Assembly (NCBI GenBank): GCA_951406725.2 | Contig: OX597823.1 | Coordinates: 56,358,001 to 56,422,000 of the forward strand | Direction of reading: 5' to 3' | DNA length: 64,000 bases | Origin: Octopus vulgaris | Lineage: Eukaryota | Part shown: positions 1 to 14,254 of the stretch, piece by piece | Numbering within the stretch: position 1 is the stretch's first letter | How the letters are laid out: the number at the start of each line of letters is the position of its first letter | Notes under the pieces: model-generated | Databases searched by the model: none | The model's input: the letters and a program-made list of their open reading frames with translations, nothing else | Told to the model about the DNA's origin: nothing | Position numbers and translations under genes: made by a program

Positions 1-779
1 GTAGGTATATGTTTCCTTGTACTGGTTTTTATTCTTTCCTTTTTATAGGTTTACGTAAAAGAATGAGATAAACTTCATATTAAGAAATTATTTATCTAAC
101 ATAGATAAATCTCAGTAAATATTAAAACATTACTCAACAATTGTTAATTTACATGTAAAAGCATGTTTATCGACCATTCGAATGTGTCACGGGTGTCTCC
201 TGACGATAAGGAAAGGGTCATGACCTCTAGGATTAGACGACATTCGTTTACTCTGTAAGTGAATAAACATGACGTCAGAAAAAAATCCAGGAAATCGTCG
301 CAGGAATAAACTAGTTACAATACAAATGCATGCATAGACATATGCCCGTATACATACATACATACATACATACATACATACATACATACATACATACATA
401 CATACATACATACATACATACACACATATAAGGAGCACTCCGTCGGTTACGACGACGAGGGTCCCAGCTGATAACGATCAACGAAACAGCTTGCTCGTAA
501 AATTAACGTGCAAGTGGCCGAGCACTCCACAGACACGTGTACCCCTAACGTAGTTCTCAGAGTGTGACAAGGCCGGTCCTTTGAACTACAGGTACAACTT
601 AATTTTTGCCAGCTGAGTGGACTGGAGCAACGAGCAATAAAGTATCTTGCTCAAGGACACAACGCGTCGCCGAGAATTGAACTCATGACCTTACAATCAT
701 GAGTCGAATGCCGTAACCACTAAGCCACGCGTCTTCACACATACATACATACATATACATACATACATACATACATACA

Positions 780-810
<31 letters not shown>

Positions 811-1094
811 CTATCTGTCTATCTGTCTATTTATCTATCTATCATATTTCTTTCAGTCATTAGACTGCAGCCATGCTGGAACACCGCCTTGAAGGATTTT
901 GTTCAACAAATTGATTCCAATGCTTACATTTTTAAGCCTGGCACGTATTCTATTGTCCTCTTTTTGCTGAACCGCTATGTTACAGGGATGTAAACGAACT
1001 AACACCGGTTGCTAAACGGTTTTGGAAACAAACGCAAACACATTTTGCGGACAGCAATCTCCGCCCACATAGCGATGAGCAGGGATATGGTCTG

Positions 1095-1380
1095 GGGGGA
1101 GCAAGAACGCCGGAGGTCTCAACTACCACAGGCTTAAACCATAAACCTGTCGGAGAGCGACTGATATCTTGACAGTTTGCTTTTCTCAGCCTGACAAGCA
1201 GCGGAGCCTTGGTTGGTAGTTGACAACACCAAGTTGCCGCTGGAGGTGTCACAGCATGTGGAATCCCAGATGAGGATCCTACCGCCACGAAACGGGAAAA
1301 TTGTCATACCGTCCGTCCTTTTACCGTCTCCTCGGTCTAGCCCCGCTAGCTCGAGCTGTGAAGGGATGCCAGCAACGTTT
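1095..1380 (-). mobile_element. Non-LTR retrotransposon fragment, restriction-like endonuclease domain (CRE-clade-like)
   Basis: Translation AGIPSQLE..RGDGKRTDGMTIFPFRGGRILIWDSTCCDT..AEKSKLSRY, then after a frameshift FKPVVVETSGVL. This fits an R(P)D..D..K REL motif. Confidence 0.65.
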
Positions 1381-1382
1381 AG

Positions 1383-1429
<47 letters not shown>

Positions 1430-1432
<3 letters not shown>

Positions 1433-1780
1433 GGAGTAAGCACATAAATGTGAAACAAGGTGGTAAAAAAGAGTACTTAAATACCAGAGGTAGAGTTATA
1501 TGCTTTATTTAAAAGCAGCAGAAATATAACAAAATCTGTTGCGCAGTTTCACGTCCCCGTTCGTCAGACAGTTTTGTTAAAATGGAACAGAAATAACGAT
1601 ATGATCAAAACTAGTTAAAGGAAACACCTTTAAAAGTGGATTTGTTTCATTGGTCCTTTCAATTAACGGTCTTAAGCATGCAATGAACAAAAAAGAATTC
1701 AATATAGATTCATCCTGTGAAAAATTCGAAGAAAACCTTAAATCGAAGAGTGGATTCAAAATACATATTGCAAATAATTA
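1430..1780 (-). mobile_element. Penelope-like element 3' fragment with degenerate hammerhead (1536-1571)
   Basis: Minus strand CUGU-CUGACGA-ACG[GGGA]CGU-GAAAC-ugc-GCA-ACAG (triplet mutated). It lies just after a small ORF ending LNSFLFIACLRPLIERTNE, weakly like a GIY-YIG C-terminus. Confidence 0.5.
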
Positions 1781-2076
1781 CACACGAAATATAATTCAAT
1801 TAATATATAAAAACGAAAATTAAAATTTTCACGCTGCATTACATATTTTACAACAGTATATACCTATACTAGACCATCTATAATATATATATACATGCAT
1901 ATTCGAAGGTTATAATGAACACAGGTTCGTGTGTCATATAGCTAGCTAGAGGCGATGGCCTCTTGGAGCTAATCAACGGCAGCTTTAGTCTTATATTTAT
2001 GGACTGCCATATTAGCTTGGCGATAACTGTTAATTTCCAGTACCGCTGCCGTAGTCTCCTTTGGAGAGACTTAGAA

Positions 2077-2132
<56 letters not shown>

Positions 2133-3334
2133 GTATGTATATGTACAAAAATTACAAACTGGGACAAGAACGCAAAACATTTAGAAGACGATACAAAAAA
2201 ACACGGACGGGACATTCGAAGCCTTCAATCTTCAGTCAAGAACCGGATCATCCTCGCAATTTCGGCTGATTGTATGTATGTATGTATGTATGTATGCACA
2301 TACACATACTCACACAAACATACTTACCAGTGACGTAGGTAACAGGGGAGCAAGGAAAGCGACCACTCCTCACGAGCACACTTTTCAAAACTTGGTGTCT
2401 TTTCAACAACTACTTTTTTAACTCTTTAGTTTAAAGTTGGAGTTTTTTTGTTTTGTGTTTCTTTCTTTCCTTCTCTTTTCTTTAATGTAGAATATATCTG
2501 TGTATATATTTTAACCATTGAAATATTTTGCATAATATAAGGGAAATGTGTTTAAAATTATTTGGTATGTGTGACGGCGCCTTTTTTCCATTTTTCTTTT
2601 TTATGCGCTCGCTCTTCCTAACTTTAAAATCTGGCTACGCCACAGATACAAACAGATTCTCCTAAACACTAAATAACAGAATGTGGATGTTCTATTATGA
2701 CCGATAAAATTTGATAGTAACAACGAAATAAATTTCATAAAATGAAAAGAAAAAGCATATAAATGCCGATTTTTGCCAAGGATATCGGTTGACATCGAGT
2801 TGGACAAAAAGAGGCACCCCAATAGAAAGTTGGAATATTCATTTGTTCAAATAGCTAAGCAATACAGATTTTGAACTCACACAAATGCGCGCCTTTTTCA
2901 TTTTTTTTTTTTTTTTTTGAAATTTCATGTTTCATTTTGTAGAAAAAAAAATCACTTTCAGATATAGAAAGAGAAATTGCACACTTTAATTTCACTTCCT
3001 GTCACAGTAAAACCTCATTTTACCCCGGGAAGTTTCTACTCACCTTTGCATAAAACGGGGGTAGATTGATTATATTTTTCTTTCATTCTTTTGCCGAACT
3101 CCTAAGTGACGGGGACGTAAACACACCAACATCGGTTGTCAAGCGATGGTGGGGGGAAAACAAAGACACAAATACCAGACACACACATACATATATATAT
3201 ATACGACGGGCTTCTTTCAGTTTCCGTCAACCAAATCCATTCACAAGGCTTTGGTCGGACCGAGGCTATAGTAGAAGACACTTGCCCACGGTGCAACGCA
3301 GTGGGACTTCTTACCACACAGCCACTCCTGCGCC

Positions 3335-3397
<63 letters not shown>

Positions 3398-3400
<3 letters not shown>

Positions 3401-3876
3401 CATTCGAAACGCGGAGTAGATGAAACAAGGACAACTGAAGAACGGGAATATTCCTTGTGTTGTTTGTCTTGTACTCTGTTGTTTGAAAAAAAGTTCGTTT
3501 CCATGTTTTTGTTTAAATATTATATAAATATATGCATATATACATACATATACGTAATACCTACATCTATATGTATATATACATGCATATATATATATAA
3601 TATAAATATATAATATAAATAATATATAAATATATGCATATATACATACATATATGTACATAACTACATCTATATGTATATATACATGCATATATGGGTA
3701 CAGGACATAAAAAAATGTTGAACACAATGAGAAACGAAAACGTAAAAACAAAAACATGGAAACGAACTTTTTTTTCAAACAACAAAAAAACTGAGTACAA
3801 GACATACAACACCAGGAATATTCCCCTTTCTTCAGTTATCCCTGTTTCGTCTACTCCGCGTTCCGAAGGTAAGGAC
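3398..3876. repeat. Inverted pair of a dispersed repeat (third copy at ~16455-16710)
   Basis: 3398-3514 matches the reverse complement of 3745-3876 (GCGGAGTAGA.GAAAC..CTGAAGAA..GGAATATTCC..GTTCGTTTCCATGTTTTTG). Confidence 0.8.
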
Positions 3877-3881
3877 ATATA

Positions 3882-3928
<47 letters not shown>

Positions 3929-3986
3929 CGTGTGTATCGTTGGCGATTTTCTTTCTCCGTCTTCCTTTCTTTGGACTTTTTCAATA

Positions 3987-4019
3987 TTTCTGATGAAGAG
4001 CTCCGCTCGAAACGTTAAA
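3987..4019 (+). ncRNA. Minimal type-I hammerhead ribozyme
   Basis: UUU-CUGAUGA-A-GAGC[ucc]GCUC-GAAAC-GUU-AAA. Loop-less palindromic stem III (AACGUU), typical of Penelope-like element hammerheads. Confidence 0.7.
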
Positions 4020-4104
4020 GACTCACTTCTCGAGCATTATACTAATACATCTGTTTGTCTACACCACCTGTCTTCGTCTTTTGATGTTTTGTTTTGGGAC
4101 TCCT

Positions 4105-4170
<66 letters not shown>

Positions 4171-4544
4171 AAAGACCCCGGCCATAAAAACCAAAAAAAA
4201 AAATAGTGTAATAGGTGTAAAACAATTTCCTCTAAACGAATATGACAAAAAATGCGCGCTCGCGAAAGCGGGGTGGAGGAGAGGCCTCAGAAAATTCACA
4301 TCGTGAATTTTCGAAAGGGTCTGGGGGTCTGACCCGGGCACACAAAAAAAAGTGTAATATGTGTAAAACAACTTGCTCTAAACGAATATGACAAAAAAAA
4401 AATGGGGGGTGGGGGAGAGGTCTCGGAAAATCACATTTTCATTCCATAGCCTTTAAACTATGGTGTTTGACCCGGTCCAGAAAAAAAAAAAGAAAAAAAA
4501 TAATGTAATTGGTATAAAACTACTTGTTCTAAACGATTATCAAG

Positions 4545-4937
4545 AACAAGCATATAGTTTCCATCCGGATATTGTACCATGGGTTGGTGCCTTCCTCTCA
4601 GATCGCTCCTTCTAAATCCAAGTTAATGGTTCGCTGTCCGACGTCTCCAGTGCGAACAGTGGCGTGCCTCAAGGTTCAGTGTTTGGGCCCTTATTGTTCT
4701 TAGTCTTCATAAATGACTTGCCCGACGACCTCACACAACACACCCTTCTATTTGCGGATCCGTGGAATAAGCTGCCGGACGAGATAGTGAAGATGCCGAC
4801 GACCGCTCGGTTCAAAGTCTCTCTTGACCAGAAATGGCCTGAACTCTTTGCATGAACACCACCCTGTACATAACTCCATGTCCCCCTACATGGCCTTGCT
4901 TTTGGCGTTTTGAGCGAAAAAATTAACTTAACTTAAC
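4545..4937 (+). mobile_element. CR1/L2-type LINE 3' fragment, internally deleted
   Basis: SGVPQGSVFGPLLFLVFINDLP..LLFAD fused directly to PWNKLPDEIV. The 3' UTR and (TAAC)-like tail match the copy at 24.6-25.3 kb. Confidence 0.85.
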
Positions 4938-5080
4938 ACACACACACACAAAGAGAAATGCTTGGTTCAAGGCAAGTGTGCATTGAACTGAATTTAAATA
5001 AGCAAGAAAGATATTATAAAAGAAAAGGCCATAGCACCATCTTTAGTATCTGTTGTTGTTATTATTATTATGGAGTTGAA

Positions 5081-5248
<168 letters not shown>

Positions 5249-5314
5249 GTGAAGTTATTAATATCAATATCAATACATTAACCAACACCATTGAAGTGAA
5301 ATAATATCCATAGT

Positions 5315-7424
5315 GGATCTTTTCTTTTTGAAAGCCAGATTTTTCTAGTTAACTAAATAATTTGAAACTTCGTATACTGGTAGAATGTGTCAAAAGAAAA
5401 CAATAATTTCAACTAGTTTTTTTGGCAAAAATGTATTTTATAAGTTTAAATGTAGTTTAAATCTGCGAATTTTAACCAATGGTATTCTCTGTATTGAGTT
5501 GAAATTATTTGCTCCGTCAATTATTTGTGACGTAGTTAACGTAAACAGCTAAATTCGATTTGAAAGCTTGACTTGCATTGCTTTATAGAATTTGAAAGTT
5601 ATTCGTTTTGTATAAAATTATTATTCGTTTCGTTTTTTATAAATATATATGTGCACAACAAACGTGCCTACACACGTACTGTTTACTTTGGATGAATAAT
5701 AAACACATATTCAGTGTTTTTGTATAGGCTTCGGGTGTTTTCTCTATACAATGTATATATTTACTATAAACTTGTGCACACGCTTTGATTCTTCAGTTTG
5801 ACACACGCCTTGAACCGGTTATTTGGCTTGTATGCACCCACATACACACACGTACCCATCCATACGCATACTCGCACATAATCAGGGCCCCTCTGCGTTT
5901 TCGCTCGTCGATGTGCTAGGAATAACACCCAAATCCCTTTAAAACCATATACTACTGGGTTAAAGGAAGGGTACATTGACTAATATAATCATAGATGCTA
6001 TATCTGAAAAAAAAAGCGAGGGGGGCGCAAAAATACGGGTTGGTCATAGTTGGAACCCTTTGATCCTCAACCGAGTTTATCAGGATGACCTGAGTTAAAT
6101 AGCAATAACAATATATTTGTAATATTGATTATAGACACAAAGCATATATTTTAGGGTGAGTGGAGGGTATAATCATTTATATCGATCTTCAATAGTTGAT
6201 CGATGTATTTTCTCGACCGTGGAAGAACAGACGGCTTGTTTTGAATTCCGGTGAGGGTTGAAACCCGAACGTATAGGACCGTATCCCTAAACATTCTAAC
6301 AGTCCTTTACCAAGCCCTTGTCAGCATGTAATATCATCTGATCCACATTATCTCTCTATTATTTGTCCACGCGTAAAAATATATCATCAAGGTGACATAG
6401 TTAAACTTCGACGAAAAATATAATGTAAAGCTGGCAGAATCGGTAGTGCATCGGATAAAATGCCTAGCGTCATTTCTTACGAATCTTTACGTTCCGTGTT
6501 CGAATATTGCTGAGCTTTCCTTCTTTCGGGCGGCGCTTATAGAATAAGTACCAGTTGAATACAATCGACTAGTTCTTCCCATCAGCTTCAGGCCTTGTAC
6601 TTACTGGGGAAAGAAATATTATTAAGGAAGGGGGTGGGGCAAGCTGACAGAATCGTTCGTGCGTCGGACAAAATACCTTGTGGCATTTCTTCCGACTCCT
6701 CACGTTACCGTCGTCGTCGACTTTACCTTTCATGATCAATTAAGTACCAGTCAATGTAATCGATTAACCCCTCCTCCCAAATTGTTGGTCTTGTGCCAAA
6801 ATTTTGTGCAATTTTATTTTTTATATCGAAACCAAATATATAGTTTTAGCTCTCAAGGTGAACTCCAAGCAATTACCTATGATGAAAGGTATTCTAGGTT
6901 TGACCATCCCAAGTGTGACACCAACTCCAAAGGCACGATGAAGTGGTGGGCAGTTAAAATGTTTTAAAACGTGGATTTTTCAGAAAAATAAGATTTAATG
7001 CGAATTACATGTATTTTAGAGTGACGAAAATTACCAAAACCCCTCCAAAAATTTACCATCGAAATTTCATTTTATTCTCGACAGCTATTTCGAAAGCCCG
7101 CCGTATTTTTATTATTATTCTGTCTGTTTAGGACTTTGTTATATGGGACGGTGATGTTTACATTTTAGCTATGTTAACTACGTCACAAAATAGCTGTTTA
7201 CGTCACAGTAACACTATTTTGAGAAGCAGTAAATAATATGAGGCCGAAAGGAAGAATATCATTGGTTAAAATTCGAATTTTTAAACAACGTTAAACTTAG
7301 AAATTACAATTCCGTTTTCATTTTGGTTTACAATTATGTTTTCTTTTGACACATTCTACCAGTATACGAAGTTTCAAATTGTTTAGTTAACTAGGAAAAT
7401 CTGGCTTTCAAAAGGAAAAGATCC
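5315..7424. mobile_element. Non-autonomous DNA transposon with long TIRs (GGATCTTTTC...GAAAAGATCC), Merlin-like
   Basis: About 5315-5550 is inverted relative to about 7160-7424. Same TIR family as 31732-32146. The TSD is only partly conserved (..atagt). Confidence 0.7.
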
Positions 7425-8100
7425 ATAATAGTTTCTATACTTTTGCTTTGGCACTGTTGAATTGAGTCAAAGAAAGAAAAATGCGATATCCATAACAGTA
7501 AAGAAATAAGACATCCCCCAAACAGTAACCCTTGTGTTTAACATCTCCCTAACAAAAAGAAGAGAGATTGTTTGGCTCTGGACTACATTGATCTTTCCAT
7601 GATGTAGTTTAGCCACTATTTAAACTATTTTTTGTTTTTGTTTTGTGCCTGGGTCAGACGCTTTCGGAAATTCACGATGTGAATTTTCCGAGGCCTCTCC
7701 CCCACCCCTCTTTCGCGAGCGCACATTGTTTTTTGTCATATTCGTTTAGAGGAAATCGTTTTACACCTATTACACTATTTTTTATTTTTGTTTTTATGAC
7801 CGGATCAAATGTTTTAGTTTGACCAATAAACGCGCCCTTTTAAAGCCTAGCCTGACTCATGGGCCCGGTTTCCCGGTTTCTATGGCGTATGTGTTCCCCA
7901 GCTGGACGGGACGCCAGTCCATCGCAGCGTTACTCATTTTTGCCAGCTGAGTGGACTGGAGCAACGTGAAATGAAGTGTTTTGAACACAACGCGTCGCCC
8001 AGTCCAGGAATCGAAACCAGAATCTTACGATCATGACGCTGACACCCCAACCACTAAGCCACGCGCCTCCACACACACACATACACACATATATATATAT

Positions 8101-8327
8101 GGCGGCGAGCTGGCAGAATCGTTAGCACGCCGGGCGAGATGCGCAGCCGTATTTCGTCTGCCGTTACGTTCTGAGTTCAAATTCCGCCGAGGTCGACTTT
8201 GCCTTTCATCCTTTCGAGGTCGATGAATTAAGTACCAGTTACGCACTGGGGTCGATATAATCGACTTAATCCATTTGTCTGTCGTTGTTTGCCCCCTCTA
8301 TGTTTAGCCCCTTGTGGGCAATAAAGA
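8101..8327 (+). mobile_element. SINE family B with Nin/Deu-like central domain (representative copy)
   Basis: GGCGGCGAGCTGGCAGAA..GAGTTCAAATTCC..GCCTTTCATCCTTTCG.GGTCGAT.AATTAAGTACC. Further copies at about 14980-15175, 15290-15523, 17670-17880, 18603-18900, 35897-36101 and 56878-57095. Confidence 0.85.
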
Positions 8328-8610
8328 AATATATATGTATGTATATATGTGTGTGTATGTGTGTATGTGCTGCGGTGGGGGTGGGGTGCGCGCGACCGGC
8401 TTCTTTCAATTTCCTTCTACAAAATCCACTCACAAGGTTTTGGTCGGCCTCGAGTCATAGTAGGAGACACTAGCGAAAGGTGCCGTACAGTGGAACTGAG
8501 CTCGAAACAGCATGCTTGCAAAGCGGGCTTCTGTCTTAATCAATGCAGTTTTTTTTTATTTTTTCATAGCACACGCTGTAGAGCGGCGGCAAAATAGCAA
8601 TATCAACACC

Positions 8611-8642
<32 letters not shown>

Positions 8643-8845
8643 CAACGTCAGCAACGAAAAGGAAAGTTATTATGGCTAAAATGTCTGATCACTGATTTGC
8701 TGAATCAGGTCTGAGTCTGACCTGGGGCTAAATAACAATAACAGCAACGACTTGTAAACAGTGGCCTCGGGTTGGATTAAGTTAATGAGTAAAGTACGAC
8801 TCTGAGAGAAATAGATAGGATTAGAGTGAGTGAGTGAGTGAGTGA

Positions 8846-8877
<32 letters not shown>

Positions 8878-9485
8878 GGTAGTGGCGGCGGCGGCGGTGG
8901 TGGTGGTGGTGGTGGTGGTGGTTTCGGTAGATTGTGGTGGTGGTGGTGGTGGTGGTGGTAATAGTAATTAATAAAGTTGGTTAATGAAATGCATACAAAC
9001 ACAAAACATTAGAAAGAAAGGAAGGAAGGAAGGAACAGGAAAGACAGAGAGAGACACAAGTCGGCTGAGAAGTTAAATAGGTCGCCATTGACAGGAATAT
9101 ATATATCGTAAAAGGACGAGCAATATTTTGATATCGCTTAATCTGTTTTTGTGTCTACTGAATGTGTGTGTGAGAGATTGTGCAAGTGGGAGATAGAAGG
9201 GGAGTAATAAGAGCGAGAGAGAAAAGGGTGCAGTGAGAGAGAGAGAGAGGGAGTGAAGAGAAATCAAAGGGAGGGAAAAAATATAAAGGAAGACTAAATG
9301 CCAACTAAGTCTCATGAAAGTTAATTAGTACGCTTGTTTTTTTTTTGTTTTTTTTTTTTCGTATTTGTATTTGTATTATGTTACCTTGTAAGTATCATAT
9401 AGTGTAATGAATATATTGATGATGTATATGTGTTTGTTTATATTGATACATACGCACACACATTCTAATATAACAATAGATGGAC

Positions 9486-9548
<63 letters not shown>

Positions 9549-9557
9549 GAGATAGAG

Positions 9558-9646
<89 letters not shown>

Positions 9647-9967
9647 CATACATAGTACGTACGTACATACACACACATATATATATGTTTGTCCGTGTGT
9701 GGGAGTGAAAGTTCAGTGAAAATTGTACACTCCCGTATCAATTTTACTGTTCAAATATTATACGTCATAACCTAACCTGATTACCAATAGTCTATCTGTT
9801 TAAATTGTACTTCTGTTCTATTATACACAGATGTATGTATGTATGTATGTATGTATGTATGTATGTATGTATGTATGTATGTATGTATGTATGTATGTAT
9901 GTATGTATGTGTGTGTATGCATGTATGTATGTATGTACGTATGTATGTATGTATGTATGTATATATG

Positions 9968-10003
<36 letters not shown>

Positions 10004-10044
10004 TGTATGTATGTATGGTCATACTCGATAACGAGGGGGCAGCC

Positions 10045-10107
<63 letters not shown>

Positions 10108-10207
10108 CGGGAAGCTTTATGAAAATAAACAAAAGACAAAGGCAGGTGGATACAAACAAACAAACAATTGTATTAGTATGGCGCTCAGGAATATAAATAA
10201 AACAAGT

Positions 10208-10243
10208 CTTTTACGTTTCGAGCCTACGCTCTTCAACAGAAAG
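10208..10243 (-). ncRNA. Minimal hammerhead motif with A6U core variant
   Basis: CUUU-CUGUUGA-A-GAGC[guag]GCUC-GAAAC-GUA-AAAG. Stems I and II pair perfectly. Confidence 0.55.
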
Positions 10244-10444
10244 ATACACAGAAAAGAAACACGGAGAGAAACAAAGTCGCAGGAGTGACTGTGTAGTAAG
10301 TAGCCTGCTTAACAACCACATGGTTCCGGGTTCAGTCCCACTGCGTGGCACCTTGGGCAAGTGTCTTCTACTGTAGCTTGAAGCCAACCAAAGCCTTGTG
10401 AGTGGATTTGGTAGACGGAAACTGAAAGAAGCCCGTCGTATACG

Positions 10445-10479
<35 letters not shown>

Positions 10480-10693
10480 GTGCGTATGTATATATTTGTG
10501 TGTCTGTGTTTGTCTCCCCAACATTGCTTGACAACCGATGCTGGTGTGTTTACATCCCTATCAAGAGAGACCGATAGAATAAGTACTAGGCTTACAAAGA
10601 ATAAGTCCTGGGGTCGATTTGCTCGACTAAAGGCCGTGCTCCAGCATGGCCACAGTCAAATGACTGAAACAAATAAAAGAATAAAAGAAAAGA

Positions 10694-10728
<35 letters not shown>

Positions 10729-10845
10729 AGAGAGTAACCGCTAGGTTTCAGCCACAAAGAATTGTTTCCGATTAAAGTTAGCACGACTACTAGCGCAAAC
10801 GAATGTATGTATGTATTTATGTATGTATGTATGTATGTATGTATG

Positions 10846-10876
<31 letters not shown>

Positions 10877-11086
10877 GCAAACCAAAAGTAAAAACAAAAA
10901 CGATCAAAATTACAAGGACGTTCACAGTGAATGCATCAGATTGACGCTCAGTTTAAGATGGAAAAAAGAGTGGGTGTCACGTTTCGAGCATGGCTCTTCT
11001 TCCGTAAGAGGATAGAGGTAAGATCTGGAGAAAAGGAAAAGAATAGAAGGAATATTTATACATACATACATACATACATACATACA

Positions 11087-11199
<113 letters not shown>

Positions 11200-12259
11200 A
11201 CTTACGCACTCGAGTGTGCAGTTACCACACATCCACGCCTACGCCGATTGATCTATCTATAATATAAATTGGACATGGGCGATCGTTATATTCTTTCTTG
11301 TCTTCAGGTTCACCGCCAAACGGAGAGAAAAGAAACAAAAACACGATACAAGGAACATTCGCAGCTTATTTTCTCATCAGCTGGTTTCCGAGACGTCTTA
11401 GTGGTTTCATGCCATCTAAAAGCAAGACCACTGTTATCAGTGCACCAGAGCATAGAGCTACAAGAAAAGTTTGACGAATGTGTGCGAGAACAGGACAAAA
11501 TAACATTAAATTATACAATAAAAAATAATGACAAGATATAACAAACAAGGAATAGTACATATACAACAGAAAATGCCATAGGCGAATGTCAATGGCCGTA
11601 CAATAAGCAAAGGTAATAATTATAAGTGTACAGTACTAAAACAATACAATACAATACAAACAGGAAATGCCTTTTCGGCAATCAAAACAGACGTAGTGAG
11701 GTAGCGCAACGATATGGAAACAGTCCTTGACGGACGGAACACAAAACGTCTCTGGTTTGGTCAGCAGCAGGCCAAAAATGAACGACGCGCTTTCACTGGT
11801 CAGCAGTCATGTGGTAGGAGAGAGGAAGAGTAGTGGAGGGACTATACATACATACACATATATGTGTATATATACTCTTTTACTTGTTTCAGTCATTTGA
11901 CTGCGGCCATGCTGGAGCACCGCCTTTAATCGAGCAACTCGACCCCGGCACTTATTCTTTTGTAAGCCCAGTATACTTATTCTATCGGTCTCATTTGCCG
12001 AACAGCTAAGTAACGGGGACATAAACACACCAGCATCGGTTGTCAAGCAACGCGGGGAGGACAAACACAGACACACAAACACACACATGCATAGATATAT
12101 ATATATACATATATACGACGGGCTTCTTTTCAGTTTCCGTCTACCAAATCCACTCACAAGGCTTTGGTCGGCCCGAGGCTATAGTAGAAGACACTTGGCC
12201 AAGGTGCCACGCAGTGGGACTGAACCCGGAACCATGTGGTTGGTAAACAAGCTACTTAC

Positions 12260-12334
<75 letters not shown>

Positions 12335-12389
12335 TATATATATATTGTTAAACCATGCACTTGGTGGAGCGCTTAATGTGATAAAAATA

Positions 12390-13460
12390 CAGGGGTTCGA
12401 GAAAATAATGGAAACACCTAGCATCATAGCCTCATATTTTTGAAATATCTATAAAACCGTTAAAAGCTTGTTTATTTTGATGTTTTCATTTTATTATTAG
12501 TGTTGCTTAACATGTTTTGCTAAAATTGCTGTTTCTTTTCAGATATCATCAGAGAAAGCTAATTAAAATTCATTAAAATGACAAATCTATCAGACTTTCA
12601 AAGAGGTCAAGTTGTTGGTGCTCGGATGGCAGACGCTAGCGTAACGAAAACAGCCGAAATGTTTGGTGTATCAAGAAGCACTGTCTCGAAAGTTATGACA
12701 GCCTTTGAAAAAGAGGGAAAAACTCCTCGTCGAAACAAAACTCCGAAAGACAACCAAAACTTTCAGATAGGGACCGTCGGATTCTTACGCAAATTGTTAA
12801 AAAGGATCACAAAAGTACAGCACCCAAAATTACTGCAGGGCTTAATAACCACCGCGAGAATCCACTTTCCACAAAAACTGTTCGCCAAGAGCTGCACAAG
12901 CTGGATTTCACGGGAGGACTGCAATCAGAAAACCACTACTTTCAAAAAACATACGTTGCAAAGCGTTTAGAGTGGAGTAAAAACCTAAAGCAGTGGTAGG
13001 ATGTTATTTTCTCGGACGAGTCATCCTTTACCTCATTTCCGACCACCGGCCGAGTATACGTGTAGAGACAGCGAAAAGAAGCATTTGACCCAGAGTGCCC
13101 TCTTCCAACTGTTAAACATGGAGGAGGATCTGTGATGATCTGGTGGGTGGGCGTGTGGGTGGGCTATAGCTTGGAAATCCGCCGGGGCAATGGCTTCCCT
13201 TCACGGCAGAATTAATAGTCAAGACTATTTAAGCATTTTATCTAATCAAATTCATCCTATGGTTGCGGAACTGCTTCTGAAGGGAAACACAATCTTTCAG
13301 GATGATAATGCACCAATTCACACGGCTAAAGTTGTTACTTTGTACCGAGTTCATATCCCGTAGAATTCAAGCTGTAATTACTGCCAAAGGCAGTCCTACC
13401 CCATATTAAAATAATTTGTTTGAAATTTTAAGGTGTTTCCATTATTTTGTCCAGCCCCTG
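12390..13460 (+). mobile_element. Tc1-like transposon fossil
   Basis: TA-flanked TIRs CAGGGG..AAAATAATGGAAACACCT. HTH ORF MTNLSDFQRGQVVGARMA, with IFSDES, VKHGGGSVMIW and FQDDNAPIHTA remnants; frameshifted. Confidence 0.9.
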
Positions 13461-13527
<67 letters not shown>

Positions 13528-13947
13528 TCACAATTTAGGCAAGTTGAAACATATTTCAACTGCTAAAGCCAAATACACTGCAATTACCGCGGAGAAAAAT
13601 CTCCCTTATGGTAAAATGGTGTGAAAACACCCAGTTCGTTCAGTGTCACCATCTCTCGAGAATCTCAGAATGTGGGTGAGGCTCTGTGTATATATGTGGT
13701 GGTGGTGTGGTGGTGGGTGGTGGTGGGGACGGGCCTGAACCCTCACACATTTACTGCCCTTCATTGTTATATTCATTGGCTTAATCATATAATTCATTTT
13801 TTTTCTGCCTTTCTATTTATATACAATTCCTTGCCTTTTATTCTTCTCAATCAAAATCTTCTTCCACCCTCTCTCTTCCTTTCCCAACGTCTCCAATCTA
13901 CACTCCAATTTCATTCGTGACTTTTTCTTTCCATCTCTCTCTCTCCG

Positions 13948-14000
<53 letters not shown>

Positions 14001-14197
14001 CCTTTCTTTTTCTGCCTCTTGCATTCGGTGCCTTTCTAACACTCATTATCTATTGTAGAGTTCTATCTTTCTTCTGTCTCCATTCTTTTCATATTCTCGC
14101 GTTATATCTTCCTCTCTTGTTTTTTTTCCCTTTCATTGTTTCCTGTATTTCACAGTATGTTGACCTGGCTGCCACTCTCGCTTGTTGGCTACCTCTT

Positions 14198-14254
<57 letters not shown>

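Noticed and set aside
205-245. CTGACGA-TAAG-GAAA hammerhead-like string (similar at 27214 and 49310)
   Set aside because: Stem II and stem I do not pair.
2205-2270. GAAA..CUGANGA motifs as type-II hammerheads (also 11350-11420, 16480-16515, 52965-53022)
   Set aside because: The core words are present, but I could not build stem I, an adjacent stem II or a valid NUH triplet.
8676-9002. Poly-His/poly-Pro ORF
   Set aside because: Derived from (GGT/GGC)n and (GAGT)n simple repeats, with no domain or splice support.
13540-13680. Possible short plus-strand exon (AG near 13539, GTGAGG near 13676)
   Set aside because: No frame stays open between the sites and no homology is recognisable.
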